DNA from: Halapricum salinum
GTDB taxonomy: Archaea; Halobacteriota; Halobacteria; Halobacteriales; Haloarculaceae
Length of the DNA stretch: 40,000 bases
Assembly: GCF_004799665.1 (NCBI RefSeq)
Contig: NZ_CP031310.1
Span: 200,887 to 240,886 of the forward strand
Direction: 5' to 3'
Shown: in pieces, positions 1 to 9,483 of the stretch
Numbering within the stretch: position 1 is the stretch's first letter
How the letters are laid out: every line of letters starts with the position of its first letter
Made by a program: the position numbers and the translations under genes
The notes under the pieces: model-generated
Told to the model about the DNA's origin: nothing
The model's input: only the letters and a program-made list of their open reading frames with translations
Database searches by the model: none

Positions 1-470
1 TTGCGTGCCTCTGTAGTGGTCAGTGGGCCCTCGCTGGCGTATTCACGGAGCAGTCGTGGGGTTGGAACGACTGTTACGTCGTCGACGACTGCATGGATAC
101 GAGCCAGGCTGTTAAACTCGTCAGTCAGAAGGCCATCGCTATCGAGTGCGTTCGCGAGTACGATCGCCGCTGTTTCTCCTTCGTCGAGCCCGTACGCCGG
201 CAACGAATCTGGCGTGTCATCGAGCGTCAGCGGTTCACTCACTGCGAAATGTTTGCTTGCCGCGAGAACGTTCGTCGCTGCCGCTGCGTGAATATCGTCG
301 TAGCCAGCCATCTCTTGAAGTTCATTTTTGACCTGAATCGGGACGGTCACCTCACAATCCGTCAGTAAGAACTGCAGGGGATCTGGATTGCTGGTGGTGT
401 CGTACGTCGCGTCCGCTTTCGGAATCGCGAGACTCACCAGTGCGCACGTGTCCGCGACGACTGTCTCCAT
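1..470 (-). CDS. vapC: PIN-domain toxin (VapC-like); 3' end lies beyond the left edge
   Basis: I translated the minus strand from the ATG (complement of 468-470): METVVADTCALVSLAIP...GLDEGETAAIVLANALDSDGLLTDEF... The frame is open down to position 3; I checked every triplet. The N-terminal Asp, the GE..AAI motif and the TDE acidic motif are typical of PIN domains. The start is 4 nt after the stop of the upstream RHH gene. It is absent from the ORF track because it is truncated by the edge. Confidence 0.7.
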   Translation of the reverse strand, partial: METVVADTCALVSLAIPKADATYDTTSNPDPLQFLLTDCEVTVPIQVKNELQEMAGYDDIHAAAATNVLAASKHFAVSEPLTLDDTPDSLPAYGLDEGETAAIVLANALDSDGLLTDEFNSLARIHAVVDDVTVVPTPRLLREYASEGPLTTTEAR

Positions 471-473
471 CGA

Positions 474-833
474 TCAGTCCTCGGGCTCGACGGTCGCTGT
501 CTCTTCGTCGTAGATATCCACGTCTTCGTCTGGCTCCCCGATCCCCAGCGGTTCGTCTTCGAGATCCTGCTTGAGCAATGCGAACGTCCGTGCTTGCTCT
601 GTCCCGACCAACGCTTCTACGAGATCGAGGTCGATCCGATCGTCGTAGTACGCCTCCGCTATCCGCTGGCGGAAGCGTTCGCTATCGGTTTCCTCTTCGA
701 TATACTTCTGTAGAGCCTCGATGATGACGTCAGTCCGATCCTTGCCTTCGATGTCCGCCAGCGCGTCAGCCTGCTCGACCAACTCCTCGGGCGAGAGGAA
801 GTGGACGCGCTTGCGCTCGGAATCTGCAGCCAT
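474..833 (-). CDS. vapB: Ribbon-helix-helix (CopG-like) antitoxin
   Basis: The 119-aa acidic ORF has an N-terminal RKRVHFLSPEELVEQADALADIEGKDRTDVIIEALQKYI segment, which fits an RHH beta-alpha-alpha pattern. It sits immediately upstream of the PIN gene and is tightly coupled to it. Confidence 0.7.
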   Translation of the reverse strand: MAADSERKRVHFLSPEELVEQADALADIEGKDRTDVIIEALQKYIEEETDSERFRQRIAEAYYDDRIDLDLVEALVGTEQARTFALLKQDLEDEPLGIGEPDEDVDIYDEETATVEPED

Positions 834-1088
834 ATGTGCATGCTATGTGCGTTGGGAAGGTAAATGTGTGCATAGCGTGTGTGTATCTCCCCTCAGAAGT
901 TCCACTCAGCCAACTAATCCAGCACTTTCCAACTTATCTATTGAGTATGCCAAGCCCTGTGACGTTCAGATACCGATTGTAGTCGAGGGTTTCAGACGGA
1001 CCCTCGTGGGGTTGAAGCGAGCGAGAGGTCGCGTTTGACGCTGGCTCCGTCGGTCTCAGACGGATCTTCCTGAGACAACGACCGTGGA

Positions 1089-2135
1089 CTAAGCCCCTGC
1101 AGACCCACCGGAGCCGCAGGTCGTCTCTGTCGACTGATTGTCCACGAGAATCGCAGTCTGGAGGCTACAGCGGTAGCCGGGCCCGTCCCGTGGAATCGTG
1201 ATCCCGACGTCAGTGTCGGGGATCTCGAACTCCAACTGGGGTTTGATGACGAAGTCGGTCTGCTCGTCGTTTCGGACGTGACTGACGAACCACTCGTCGA
1301 TGTTCTCGTTGTCCATCGAGACGGTGTAATTGACCGTCTCGGTCTCGCCCGGCGCCAGCGTGGCGTCTCGGGGGACGTTCTGCGGCGTCAGCGCGTCACC
1401 GCTGGCTGTGAACAGCGGGACGCCGTTGCCGGTCGCGTTGAGCCGGAAGCCGTCCGGGACGAGCGGGACCGGCACGTCGCCGGGATTGTGGATCTCGAAG
1501 GTCAGGGTCATGTTCGAGGTGGGTTCGGTGACCTCACCCCACTCGGCGCTGGCGTCGCGGATCTCGTAGCCCGCCGAGACCAGCCCGGCGTCGGCAGTGT
1601 AGGCCCCTTCCATGTCCGAGACGGCCGCGTCGAACGAATCGACGACAGGGCGCTGGTCTTCGAGAAGCGTCTGCTCGAACGCGGGGAAGGAGATGGTCTT
1701 GCTGAGGACGGCGCTCACGTCGGCGCTGCCGGTCGCGCGCATCTCGATCGTCTCGTCGTTCCGGACGAACGCGACCCACCAGGAGTCGAGTTTGTCGTTG
1801 TCCAGTGCCGATCTGAGCTGGATCGTACTCTTTCCTTTCGGGATCGAAATGGCGTCGCGGCTTCCCGTGACCAGCTCGACGTCGTTCATCGCGACCTGAT
1901 ACTCCGCAGAGAAGCCGCTGGAGAGGGTAACGCCGATCGGATTCGGATTGTCGACGTTCAATGTCGTGACGATTCCGGTGCTGTTCTCCGTCGTGTTCCC
2001 CCAGTCACCGGGGTCGTCGACAGTGACGCTGGGGAGACCGATGATCCCGGTGAGATACGCGATCACGAGGATGGCGATCAAGCCGACGATCAGGCCGACT
2101 GCGCCGACAGCGAGTCGTTTAATAGAGAGATCCAT
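1089..2135 (-). CDS. Membrane-anchored protein with repeated LEA_2 (LEA14/WHy-like) domains
   Basis: This is the 356-aa track ORF. I prefer the ATG at 2135 (MDLSIKRLAVGAVGLIVGLIAILVIAYL = one N-terminal TM helix). It is followed by two similar modules (...DSWWVAFVRNDETIEM... and ...DEWFVSHVRNDEQTDF...). The LEA_2 assignment is from pattern memory only. Confidence 0.55.
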   Translation of the reverse strand: MDLSIKRLAVGAVGLIVGLIAILVIAYLTGIIGLPSVTVDDPGDWGNTTENSTGIVTTLNVDNPNPIGVTLSSGFSAEYQVAMNDVELVTGSRDAISIPKGKSTIQLRSALDNDKLDSWWVAFVRNDETIEMRATGSADVSAVLSKTISFPAFEQTLLEDQRPVVDSFDAAVSDMEGAYTADAGLVSAGYEIRDASAEWGEVTEPTSNMTLTFEIHNPGDVPVPLVPDGFRLNATGNGVPLFTASGDALTPQNVPRDATLAPGETETVNYTVSMDNENIDEWFVSHVRNDEQTDFVIKPQLEFEIPDTDVGITIPRDGPGYRCSLQTAILVDNQSTETTCGSGGSAGA

Positions 2136-2277
2136 GGTACCCGGTTTTTCGGACACCAATAAAGGCCTGATGGCTAAGCATGCGCATTGTCAGCACACAT
2201 GGCCCTTTCGAGCGAAAACCCGCGGCTAGAGAATGTGAAGAAACGAGAATGTGTGTGCTCGCGTCCGCAGTCAGAGC

Positions 2278-2478
2278 CTACTCTTCGAGTCGGGTGACGT
2301 TGGTCGCGCGCGGGCCCTTGGGGGCCTGTTCGATGTCGAATTCGAGTTCCTGTCCTTCCTCAAGGTCCGGGCCGCCAACGTCTTCCATGTGGAAGAAAAC
2401 GTCCTCGTCCGCGTCCTCAGTCTCGATAAAGCCGTAACCGCCGGTGTCGTTGAAAAAATCAACCTTACCTTTCGCCAT
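2278..2478 (-). CDS. cspA: Cold-shock protein (CspA family)
   Basis: MAKGKVDFFNDTGGYGFIETEDADEDVFFHMEDVGGPDLEEGQELEFDIEQAPKGPRATNVTRLEE shows the classic CSD RNP1-like GYGFI and RNP2-like VFFH motifs. The track ORF (to 2613) has a spurious N-terminal extension; the ATG is at 2478. Confidence 0.9.
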   Translation of the reverse strand: MAKGKVDFFNDTGGYGFIETEDADEDVFFHMEDVGGPDLEEGQELEFDIEQAPKGPRATNVTRLEE

Positions 2479-2579
2479 TGCATCTACAGAATGACGGCGA
2501 GGACGCTTAAACGTTGCGTGTAGGTTCGTCTCCAACAGAGAACACCTAAACGTCACGCCAGCGAATCTCGCCCAGAACC

Positions 2580-4283
2580 ATGGCAGGCACATCGCAGGAC
2601 GGCCACGTCGCATACGTCAGTATGGAGTATGGGTTGGAAAACGGGATGAACACCTACAACGGGGGACTGGGGATCCTCGCGGGCGACGTCGTCCGCGGAT
2701 TCGCCGATTTGGACGTCGACGCCGTCGGCGTCACCCTGCTCAACGAGTACGGCCTCGGCGAGCAACAGCTCGACGAGGACGGAACCCAGCACGTCGAGCC
2801 CGCTCCCTGGCCGGTCGAAGAGTACTGTGAACCCCTCGACGCGACCGTCTCGATGACGATTGGCGGGCACGACGTGACCATCGGCGCCTGGCGCTACGAC
2901 GTCGAGTCCGAGCACGGCGGCACAGTTCCAGTCATCATGCTCGACACCGACCGAGAGGACAACGACAACTGGATCCGGGAGCTGACCCAGCGTGTCTACG
3001 CCCCCGGGAAGGACGAGGGCTTCAAACTCGCAGTGTACCTCGTCTTGGGTATCGGTGGCGTCCGAATGCTCGACGAACTGGGCTACGACGTCTCGACGTA
3101 CCACATGAACGAGGGCCATGCCAGCTTCCTCACGCTCGAACTCCTCCGACGGAACGATCTCGACGCCGAGGCCGTCCGCGAGCAGTGTGTCTTCACGACT
3201 CACACGCCCGTGGCGGCCGCCCACGACGAGTATCACTACGACCTGCTGGCTGATCTGATGGGCGACCTCGTCCCCATCGAGACGGTCAAAGAGCACAGCC
3301 CACAGGGGATGGTCCACACCACGCGGCTCGCGCTGAACCTCTCGCGGTACGTCAACGGCGTCGCCAAGCGCCACCAGGAGGTCAGCCAGGAGATGTTCCC
3401 CGAACACGCCGAACACATCGACGCGATCACCAACGGCGCACACGTCCCGACCTGGGTCGGTGACGACATCGCTGATCTGCTCGACGAGAACATCCGTGAC
3501 TGGCGGGTCTACCCGACCAAACTGCAGCACGCGACGCTCATCGAGGACGAACCGCTGTGGGAGGCCCACCAGGCACAGAAGCGCGACCTGATCGAGTACG
3601 TCCGCGAGCGCACGGGCGTCGAACTCGATGAAGACGTCCTGACGCTCGGGTTCGCTCGTCGGGCGGTCCCCTACAAGCGCGCACCGCTGCTCTTTCAGGA
3701 CAAAGAGCGCCTGCGTGAGGTCGTCGCCCGCGCCGGTGACGTCCAGATCGTCTACGCCGGCAAGGCCTTCCCCGGCGACGAACAGGGCAAAGACATCATC
3801 CGGGAGATCTACAGCCACGCCGAGGATCTGGCCGGCGAGATCACGATCACCTACCTCGAAGACTACGACATGGAGATGGGGCTGAAGCTCACCTCCGGCG
3901 TCGACGTCTGGCTCAACAACCCCCGACGGCCCCGCGAGGCCTCGGGAACGTCGGGGATGAAAGCCGCGTTCAACGGCGTCCCGCAGTTCTCGACCATCGA
4001 CGGCTGGTGGGTCGAAGGCCACATCGAGGGCGAGACCGGCTGGTCGATCGGCCCCGAGCCACACAGCCCGCGTGAACAGCGGATGAACGACGCCCAGGAG
4101 GACCTCGTGGACGCCACCGCGCTGTACGACACGCTCGAACAGGAGGTCCTGCCGACGTACTACGACGACCGCGAGGAATGGATCGGCATCATGCGCAACG
4201 CCATCGCGTTCAACGGCTCGCGATACCACGCGCGCCGGATGATGGAAGAGTACCTCGCCACGGCCTACGCACCCGAGAACTGA
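2580..4283 (+). CDS. glgP: Alpha-glucan (glycogen/maltodextrin) phosphorylase, GT35 family
   Basis: The 567-aa ORF starts VAYVSMEYGLENGMNTYNGGLGILAGD at the N-terminus and has the PLP-lysine region PRRPREASGTSGMKAAFNGVPQFSTIDGWW. Confidence 0.9.
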   Translation: MAGTSQDGHVAYVSMEYGLENGMNTYNGGLGILAGDVVRGFADLDVDAVGVTLLNEYGLGEQQLDEDGTQHVEPAPWPVEEYCEPLDATVSMTIGGHDVTIGAWRYDVESEHGGTVPVIMLDTDREDNDNWIRELTQRVYAPGKDEGFKLAVYLVLGIGGVRMLDELGYDVSTYHMNEGHASFLTLELLRRNDLDAEAVREQCVFTTHTPVAAAHDEYHYDLLADLMGDLVPIETVKEHSPQGMVHTTRLALNLSRYVNGVAKRHQEVSQEMFPEHAEHIDAITNGAHVPTWVGDDIADLLDENIRDWRVYPTKLQHATLIEDEPLWEAHQAQKRDLIEYVRERTGVELDEDVLTLGFARRAVPYKRAPLLFQDKERLREVVARAGDVQIVYAGKAFPGDEQGKDIIREIYSHAEDLAGEITITYLEDYDMEMGLKLTSGVDVWLNNPRRPREASGTSGMKAAFNGVPQFSTIDGWWVEGHIEGETGWSIGPEPHSPREQRMNDAQEDLVDATALYDTLEQEVLPTYYDDREEWIGIMRNAIAFNGSRYHARRMMEEYLATAYAPEN

Positions 4284-4374
4284 CCGCGCGCCGCGATGTC
4301 GTGACCGCGGATCGACTGGAGACCCTTTTTTGTTGGGCACAAGTCGTTTATCAACGGCCCGTCGAACAGAGAGT

Positions 4375-5439
4375 ATGAACCAGGAGGCCGTCTACGAGAC
4401 CGGGCCGCTGCTCGTAGCCGTCGTCGGTCTGGGGCTGTTCGCGGTCGCCGCGAGCCACCACCTGACCGAGGTCGGGCGGGTCGAGCAGGTTCGCGGGCCG
4501 CTGGTCGCGTTCGCACTCGACGGTCTCCCAGCGCTGGCGCTCGTGGGGGGTGGGCTGCACCTCCGAAATCAGGCGTTCGACCCGGTGAATCGATGGCGCG
4601 TGCTGCTGGCGTCAGTCGCGGGCGGGGCGATCGTCACGGGTGTCATCGGACTCGGAATACTGGTCCGTGCCCAGGAGGGGCGGCCGATCTCCGAGCCGAC
4701 GTTCCAGTTGCTCATCGGTGCGACTGCGGGCTCGATTGCCGGGTTCGTCGCCGGCTACTTCTACGCCGCCTCGCTGGAACGAACCACCAGAGCGACCAAG
4801 GCGATGAGCACGCTCTCGTTCACCAACAGCGTCCTCAGACACGACATCAAAAACGACATGACTGTCATTCGGGGCCGGGCGCGAGTCATTACCGACGCAC
4901 AGCCGGACGACGAGATCGTCGCGGAGTCGGCACAGACGATCGACACCCAGGTCGGGGAGGTGCTGGACGTCATCGACACCACGAGTGCGATCGCGGAGAC
5001 GCTATCGGACGATCCGGAGTACGAGCCCGTCGACATCGCCGAGATGGCACGGACAGTCGCCCGGAGCAAGGGGGAAGCGTTCGCCGCGACGATCACCGTC
5101 GACGCACCCGACCGGGCCGAGGTTCGCGCCAACGACGCCGTTCGAACGGTCCTCTCGAACCTCGTCGAAAACAGCGTCGAACACAACGACGCGTCCGACC
5201 CGTGCGCTCACGTCGAGGTCACGATCCATCCGGGTCACGTCTGCGTGCGCGTCCTCGACAACGGCCCCGGTGTTCCCGACGAGATGAAACCCAGATTGTT
5301 CGATCCCCGCCCCGATGACACGGGGGGCGGCGGCCTGCACGTCGTCGCCACGCTCGTGGAGAACTTCGGTGGGGAGATTCGCGTCGAGGACAACGAGCCT
5401 CGTGGCTCGGTGTTCGTCGTCGAGTTGCCCCGCGTTTGA
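4375..5439 (+). CDS. Membrane sensor histidine kinase
   Basis: There are several N-terminal TM segments, an H-box (FTNSVLRHDIKNDMTVIRG), and HATPase_c N/G boxes (SNLVENSVEHND, VLDNGPGVP, GGGGLHVV). I prefer the ATG at 4375 over the TTG at 4330. Confidence 0.85.
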   Translation: MNQEAVYETGPLLVAVVGLGLFAVAASHHLTEVGRVEQVRGPLVAFALDGLPALALVGGGLHLRNQAFDPVNRWRVLLASVAGGAIVTGVIGLGILVRAQEGRPISEPTFQLLIGATAGSIAGFVAGYFYAASLERTTRATKAMSTLSFTNSVLRHDIKNDMTVIRGRARVITDAQPDDEIVAESAQTIDTQVGEVLDVIDTTSAIAETLSDDPEYEPVDIAEMARTVARSKGEAFAATITVDAPDRAEVRANDAVRTVLSNLVENSVEHNDASDPCAHVEVTIHPGHVCVRVLDNGPGVPDEMKPRLFDPRPDDTGGGGLHVVATLVENFGGEIRVEDNEPRGSVFVVELPRV

Positions 5440-5612
5440 GCGGACACGAACGCGTTTGTAAGCGGACTGGGCCGTTGGCGAACAGATGTCGGTCACGGTC
5501 GAATCGTATCGCGACGGCGCGAGCCCCAACGTCGCTATCGTCTCCGAACCGTTCGGCGGCCGCGAGGCGCTCGTCGAGGACGTCACCGACGCCAGGAGTG
5601 CACGTTCGAGTC

Positions 5613-5654
5613 ATAGTGATTCCTGTAGCGATTTACCGCTACAGGAATCACTAT
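5613..5654. terminator. Perfect 18-bp stem / 6-nt loop hairpin between convergent genes
   Basis: The left arm atagtgattcctgtagcg (5613-5630) pairs with the right arm cgctacaggaatcactat (5637-5654), with loop atttac. The right arm ends on the first base of the deaminase stop codon (complement of 5654-5656). Confidence 0.5.
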
Positions 5655-6118
5655 CAGCCCTCGAATTCGCGGTGGACCGCCAGCCCCTCGGATTCGAGCA
5701 CGTCGCCGACCACGGGAATCTGGACTCCGAAACTGTCGAAGATAGCTTCGCAGGGCAGGCCCGTCTCGCCACCGACGGTGGCCTCGACGGCCGCTCCCGA
5801 GACGCTGTAGACGACTCCACCCAGGTCGGCGTAGACGATCCCGCTCGCGCACATCGGACACGGCTCGGTGCTGGTGTACATCACTGTCCGGGCACGCTCG
5901 GCCGCAGTCATCTCGCGTGCGGCCTCTCGCGCGAGCGTCAACTCCGGGTGGAGCGCGAGGTCGTCGTCGGTGTGTTCACGATTCTGGGCCTCGGCCACGA
6001 TTTCGCCGTCTCGGACCAGGATCGTGCCGTAGGGTCCGTCACCACGTGCGCCAGCCTCGCGGGCCAGTTCGATGGCACGCTCGACAAACGGTTCGTGATC
6101 GAAAGTAGCGAGATCCAT
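5654..6118 (-). CDS. CMP/dCMP-type zinc deaminase (nucleoside / tRNA-adenosine / guanine deaminase family)
   Basis: The 154-aa ORF has the H-x-E zinc motif (LALHPELTLA) and a PCxxC motif (TEPCPMCASGI). Confidence 0.85.
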   Translation of the reverse strand: MDLATFDHEPFVERAIELAREAGARGDGPYGTILVRDGEIVAEAQNREHTDDDLALHPELTLAREAAREMTAAERARTVMYTSTEPCPMCASGIVYADLGGVVYSVSGAAVEATVGGETGLPCEAIFDSFGVQIPVVGDVLESEGLAVHREFEG

Positions 6119-6193
6119 ATCGGTTCGTGGGTCCCACAGCCCAAATATCTCGTGACAGGAGAACTTAAGATAGTGGCGCCATCGAGCACACGT

Positions 6194-6544
6194 ATGGACA
6201 CACTCGACGATTGCTCGTTGCCTCAGCGGGTCGTCCTGCTGGGGCTTGCGACACTGGAACAGGACGACGAATCGCCGGCTCAGGTCAACGTGATCACACG
6301 CCGGGCCCAGACCGAATCCGAATCCGTCGACGACATCGGACGGCTGACCGAAGCGGAGGTCGATCGTGCGCTGAACGTTCTGGAAGCCGAAAGTATCGTC
6401 ACTGTGCCCTCGATAGACGACAGTTCGCCGGTCGGGAAGGGCCGCCCCGCCTACGAACTCGACACCGACGTCGACGTGTTACTGGACGAACTGGACGACG
6501 ACGACCGACTCACAGCCGCAGTCGACCAGGCGCGCCGATCCTGA
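6194..6544 (+). CDS. Small acidic hypothetical protein (possible winged-helix)
   Basis: Only the C-terminal third of track ORF 5486..6544 looks like real haloarchaeal protein (MDTLDDCSLPQRVVLLGLATLEQDDESPAQVNVITRRAQ...). It starts at the ATG at 6194 and is divergent from the deaminase. Confidence 0.5.
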   Translation: MDTLDDCSLPQRVVLLGLATLEQDDESPAQVNVITRRAQTESESVDDIGRLTEAEVDRALNVLEAESIVTVPSIDDSSPVGKGRPAYELDTDVDVLLDELDDDDRLTAAVDQARRS

Positions 6545-6610
6545 GCGGTGGCCTGGGCGAATAGTGAGTGTCTGCGAGAGTCTCAAGAGGCCAGAAGCGC
6601 AAGGGAGAGT

Positions 6611-7042
6611 ATGCCGCCGGAACACGTGCTGGTCCCGCTGGACGGGTCGCCGCTGGCCGAGGACGCACTCGAAGAAGCGCTCACGGCCTTCGAGTCGCGG
6701 ATCACAGTTCTGAACGTCATCACGCCGCTCGACAGTCACATGAGCGAGGGCGGCGTCGTCGAACCGGGCGAAGACCGGCTGGAAAGTGCACGCGAGCGAG
6801 CGGAGCGCCTGGCCGACCACGCCACCGATCAGGCAGCAGCGATGGATCGAACGGTCGAGACGGTCGTGGAGACGGGCGATCCGGCGGAGACGATTCTCGA
6901 TTACGTCGACGCTCACGACGTCGACCATGTCGTGATGGGGAGTCACGGCCAGGATCGCCGCGCCGTCGTCCGCCGCCTACTGGGAACGGTCGCGACGAAA
7001 GTCGTCGGCGAGGCGCCGGTGACAGTGACAGTCGTGCGGTAG
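6611..7042 (+). CDS. Universal stress protein (UspA family)
   Basis: MPPEHVLVPLDGSPLAEDALEEAL... together with the C-terminal ATP-binding motif VVMGSHGQDRRAVVRRLLGTVATKVV. The ATG is at 6611. Confidence 0.85.
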   Translation: MPPEHVLVPLDGSPLAEDALEEALTAFESRITVLNVITPLDSHMSEGGVVEPGEDRLESARERAERLADHATDQAAAMDRTVETVVETGDPAETILDYVDAHDVDHVVMGSHGQDRRAVVRRLLGTVATKVVGEAPVTVTVVR

Positions 7043-7075
7043 CGACGACACCCCCGACGGAGGGGGCGCAGGTCC

Positions 7076-7510
7076 TCAACGCTGGAGTGCAGCCCCGCAG
7101 TTGTTACAGTAGTTCGCCAGGCGGTCGTTGGTCGCGCCACACTGTGGACAGCCGACGTTCTGCTCCCACGACTCGGTTTGATTTCTGTTCCCCTGTGGCT
7201 GATCGGTGTTCCAGCTACCGCCCGTCTGTCCGCCACCGCCAGCAGTCCCACGACTTCCGGCCTGGCCGTGCGCTCCGCCCCCAGCCTGGCCACGGGTTCC
7301 GCCGCCAGCCTGTCCGTACGTCCCGCCACGCGCTCCGCCCGAGTCAGCCAGGATGAAATACAGCAAGATCCCGACCAACCCACCGACTAGGACGACCGCA
7401 GCCCAGAGGCCGGCGTCACGGCCGCGATTCTTCGCGTGGACGTAGACAAGATACGCGGGGGCGAGCCAGAATAGCAGGGCGAAGATCAGGAACGTGGCGA
7501 AGACACTCAT
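7076..7510 (-). CDS. Membrane protein with Gly/Gln-rich linker and C-terminal zinc ribbon
   Basis: It has two N-terminal TM helices, a GG(T/A)xGQAGG repeat linker, and a C-terminal CPQCGATNDRLANYCNNCG motif. Confidence 0.7.
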   Translation of the reverse strand: MSVFATFLIFALLFWLAPAYLVYVHAKNRGRDAGLWAAVVLVGGLVGILLYFILADSGGARGGTYGQAGGGTRGQAGGGAHGQAGSRGTAGGGGQTGGSWNTDQPQGNRNQTESWEQNVGCPQCGATNDRLANYCNNCGAALQR

Positions 7511-7563
7511 ACAGCCTCGGCTTCACGACACCCCGGTAACAAATTTGTGGTCGAGATCAGCGT

Positions 7564-8769
7564 TCATCTCACGCCCAGTACCGTCGAGAACGCGGCGTAG
7601 ACGCTGTATCCAATGAGAACCGAGGTGGCGAGCGTCAGCAGCCAGAACGTTACCGTGATACCGATCTTCCGTCTGGAGACGCCGGCCGACCCCGCCGCGA
7701 GTCCGCCGCCGATCACCCCCGAGATGATGATGTTGTTGAACGAGATGGGGATCCCCAGCGCGATGGCCGCCTGCGCGATGATGAACCCGGGAACGAGCGC
7801 GGCGATGGATCGGCGGACGCCGAGTTGTGCGTACTCCCGAGAGGTCGCCTGCAGGAGCCTGGGCGCGCCCATCCACGCGCCGGCGAGGATCCCGAGCGCC
7901 CCGATCGACAGCAACAACAGAACGTCGAGCTGGAGCTCCTCGACGAAGAGGTTCTGCAGCGGTCCCGTGGCGAGCCCGACCTGACTCCCACCACTGGAGA
8001 AGGCGACGATCGCGCCCAGCACCACGAGGAACGTCCGAATCCCTTTGTCGACGGAGGCCTGAGTCCGCCGACGGATCGCGACGAACCCCCCGAGCGCGAA
8101 GGCGAGGGTTACGACGATGCGGACGAGGTCGATCCCCACGACTGCAGGGAGATCGACGAGCATCGAGACGAACCCTGCCGCGGAGTTCTGCGCGACTCCT
8201 GGGGGTGCGGGAATGATACCCAACTGGATGTTGGCGACGATTCCGGCGACGACGGCCGCGAGCACCGGCACGCCGACGGTCTCGGGGATGTCGTCCCGCC
8301 GGAGGAGTGTCGCCGTCCCGTAGGCCAGACCACCGGAGACCGGCGGGACGAGGATCCAGAACGTCCCGAGGCGGCGGTAGGTGTCCATCGCGGGATCGCC
8401 ACCGAGCGAGAGGCCAACCCCGACCATCGCGCCGGTCGTCGCAAAGGCCGCCGGGACGGGATAGCCCGAGTAGACCCCGAAGCCCATGAACGCCGCGGCG
8501 GTGAGCAGTCCAGCCGTGGCCGCCAGCGGCGTGATCGAGACGCCGTTGATCAGGTCCGCGCCGACCGTCTCGGAGATGGCGCCGCCCTGCGTGACAGCAC
8601 CGAGAGCGGCGAGGATGCCGATGACGAACGCCGCCCGCATGGTCGAGATGGCGTTTGCCCCGATCGCGGGGGCGAAGGGTGGTGAATTGCTGTTGGCGCC
8701 GAGCGCCCAGGCCATCCCCAGACACGTGACAGTCGCGAGAACGACCAGCGCCCAGAAGGTCGCGGCCAC
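7564..8769 (-). CDS. Inorganic phosphate transporter, PiT (PHO4) family
   Basis: The 401-aa polytopic protein has WALGANSNSPPFAPAIGANAIS at the N-terminus and a related GxN-type repeat in the C-terminal half. The GTG start at 8769 retains the first TM helix. Confidence 0.85.
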   Translation of the reverse strand: MAATFWALVVLATVTCLGMAWALGANSNSPPFAPAIGANAISTMRAAFVIGILAALGAVTQGGAISETVGADLINGVSITPLAATAGLLTAAAFMGFGVYSGYPVPAAFATTGAMVGVGLSLGGDPAMDTYRRLGTFWILVPPVSGGLAYGTATLLRRDDIPETVGVPVLAAVVAGIVANIQLGIIPAPPGVAQNSAAGFVSMLVDLPAVVGIDLVRIVVTLAFALGGFVAIRRRTQASVDKGIRTFLVVLGAIVAFSSGGSQVGLATGPLQNLFVEELQLDVLLLLSIGALGILAGAWMGAPRLLQATSREYAQLGVRRSIAALVPGFIIAQAAIALGIPISFNNIIISGVIGGGLAAGSAGVSRRKIGITVTFWLLTLATSVLIGYSVYAAFSTVLGVR

Positions 8770-8901
8770 GTCAGGGCCACCTCTGCGGGCTGGACCACGG
8801 CCGGACCGGACGAACCTGCATACCCGCCACTACCGCGGCCGACAGGAAAAGCGTGCGGGGCGACCCCGACGGTTTTGAGGCTCGCCCTCCACCCCCCGAC
8901 T

Positions 8902-9411
8902 ATGCTCCGCCGTCTCCGTGAGACTGGCCCCGTCGGTCTCGTGCCGCTGGCGTGGACGTTCGCGATCGCCGCGCACAACGAGGTACTCGGTCTCCAGCCA
9001 GTCCGTATCGGTCACGTCGTGATGAGCGTGCTCCTGCTCCTGTTCGCCATCCTCTCCTGGCAGGACATGACCGACGGTGCACTCTTGACGTGGCGACGGG
9101 TCATCGTGGTCGGATTCCTCATCACCGCGACCGGGACCGCGGCGCTGTTCGTCGAGCCGCCAGTCGAACCCGTCCTCGCCGGCGTCGTCTGCGGCTGGCT
9201 CGTCCTCCCGGGCCTGGGGTTGCTCGACACGGGACGACGCGTCGCGGCCTACCCGCGTGTCTACTTCGCTGGTGGGACACTCAGCCTGCTCGGAGCGCTG
9301 GTATACGCAGGGGGCGTCGTCGTGGGCGAGCCGGCCGTCGTGACTGCCGGCCTGGGTGTCGGCGGCGTGGGACAGACCGCCGGCATCGTCGCCGCAGCCG
9401 TGGGATCCTGA
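8902..9411 (+). CDS. Hypothetical integral membrane protein
   Basis: It starts at the ATG at 8902 (MLRRLRETGPVGLVPLAWTFAIAAH...) and has multiple hydrophobic helices. I recognised no family. Confidence 0.45.
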   Translation: MLRRLRETGPVGLVPLAWTFAIAAHNEVLGLQPVRIGHVVMSVLLLLFAILSWQDMTDGALLTWRRVIVVGFLITATGTAALFVEPPVEPVLAGVVCGWLVLPGLGLLDTGRRVAAYPRVYFAGGTLSLLGALVYAGGVVVGEPAVVTAGLGVGGVGQTAGIVAAAVGS

Positions 9412-9483
9412 TCGCTGGCCGCCCCGGCACGCGGCGCCTGTCGCCACAAGGCACATGACGCTGGCTCCAGAATCGCCCCGTGC

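Noticed and set aside
943-954. The 12-mer gagtatgccaag is shared between the intergenic region at 943-954 and the integrase start at 10869-10880, which might be an att or integrase-remnant repeat.
   Set aside because: Dozens of 12-nt exact matches are expected by chance in 40 kb (N^2/2/4^12). The identity does not extend on either side.
2553-4340. A 595-aa minus-strand ORF antisense to the phosphorylase gene. Similar long antisense or off-frame ORFs occur at 1278-2162, 4593-5318, 5002-5614, 6568-7356, 7523-8725, 7825-8685, 8830-9654, 10213-10839 and 10217-10864.
   Set aside because: These are typical high-GC artefacts. The translations are Arg/Gly/Pro/His-rich and basic, unlike the acidic haloarchaeal proteins. 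Each overlaps a gene with clear family motifs on the other strand or frame.
5486-6193. The N-terminal two-thirds of the 352-aa plus-strand ORF overlapping the deaminase gene.
   Set aside because: It runs antisense to a well-supported deaminase CDS. Only the part after the ATG at 6194 looks like a real protein.
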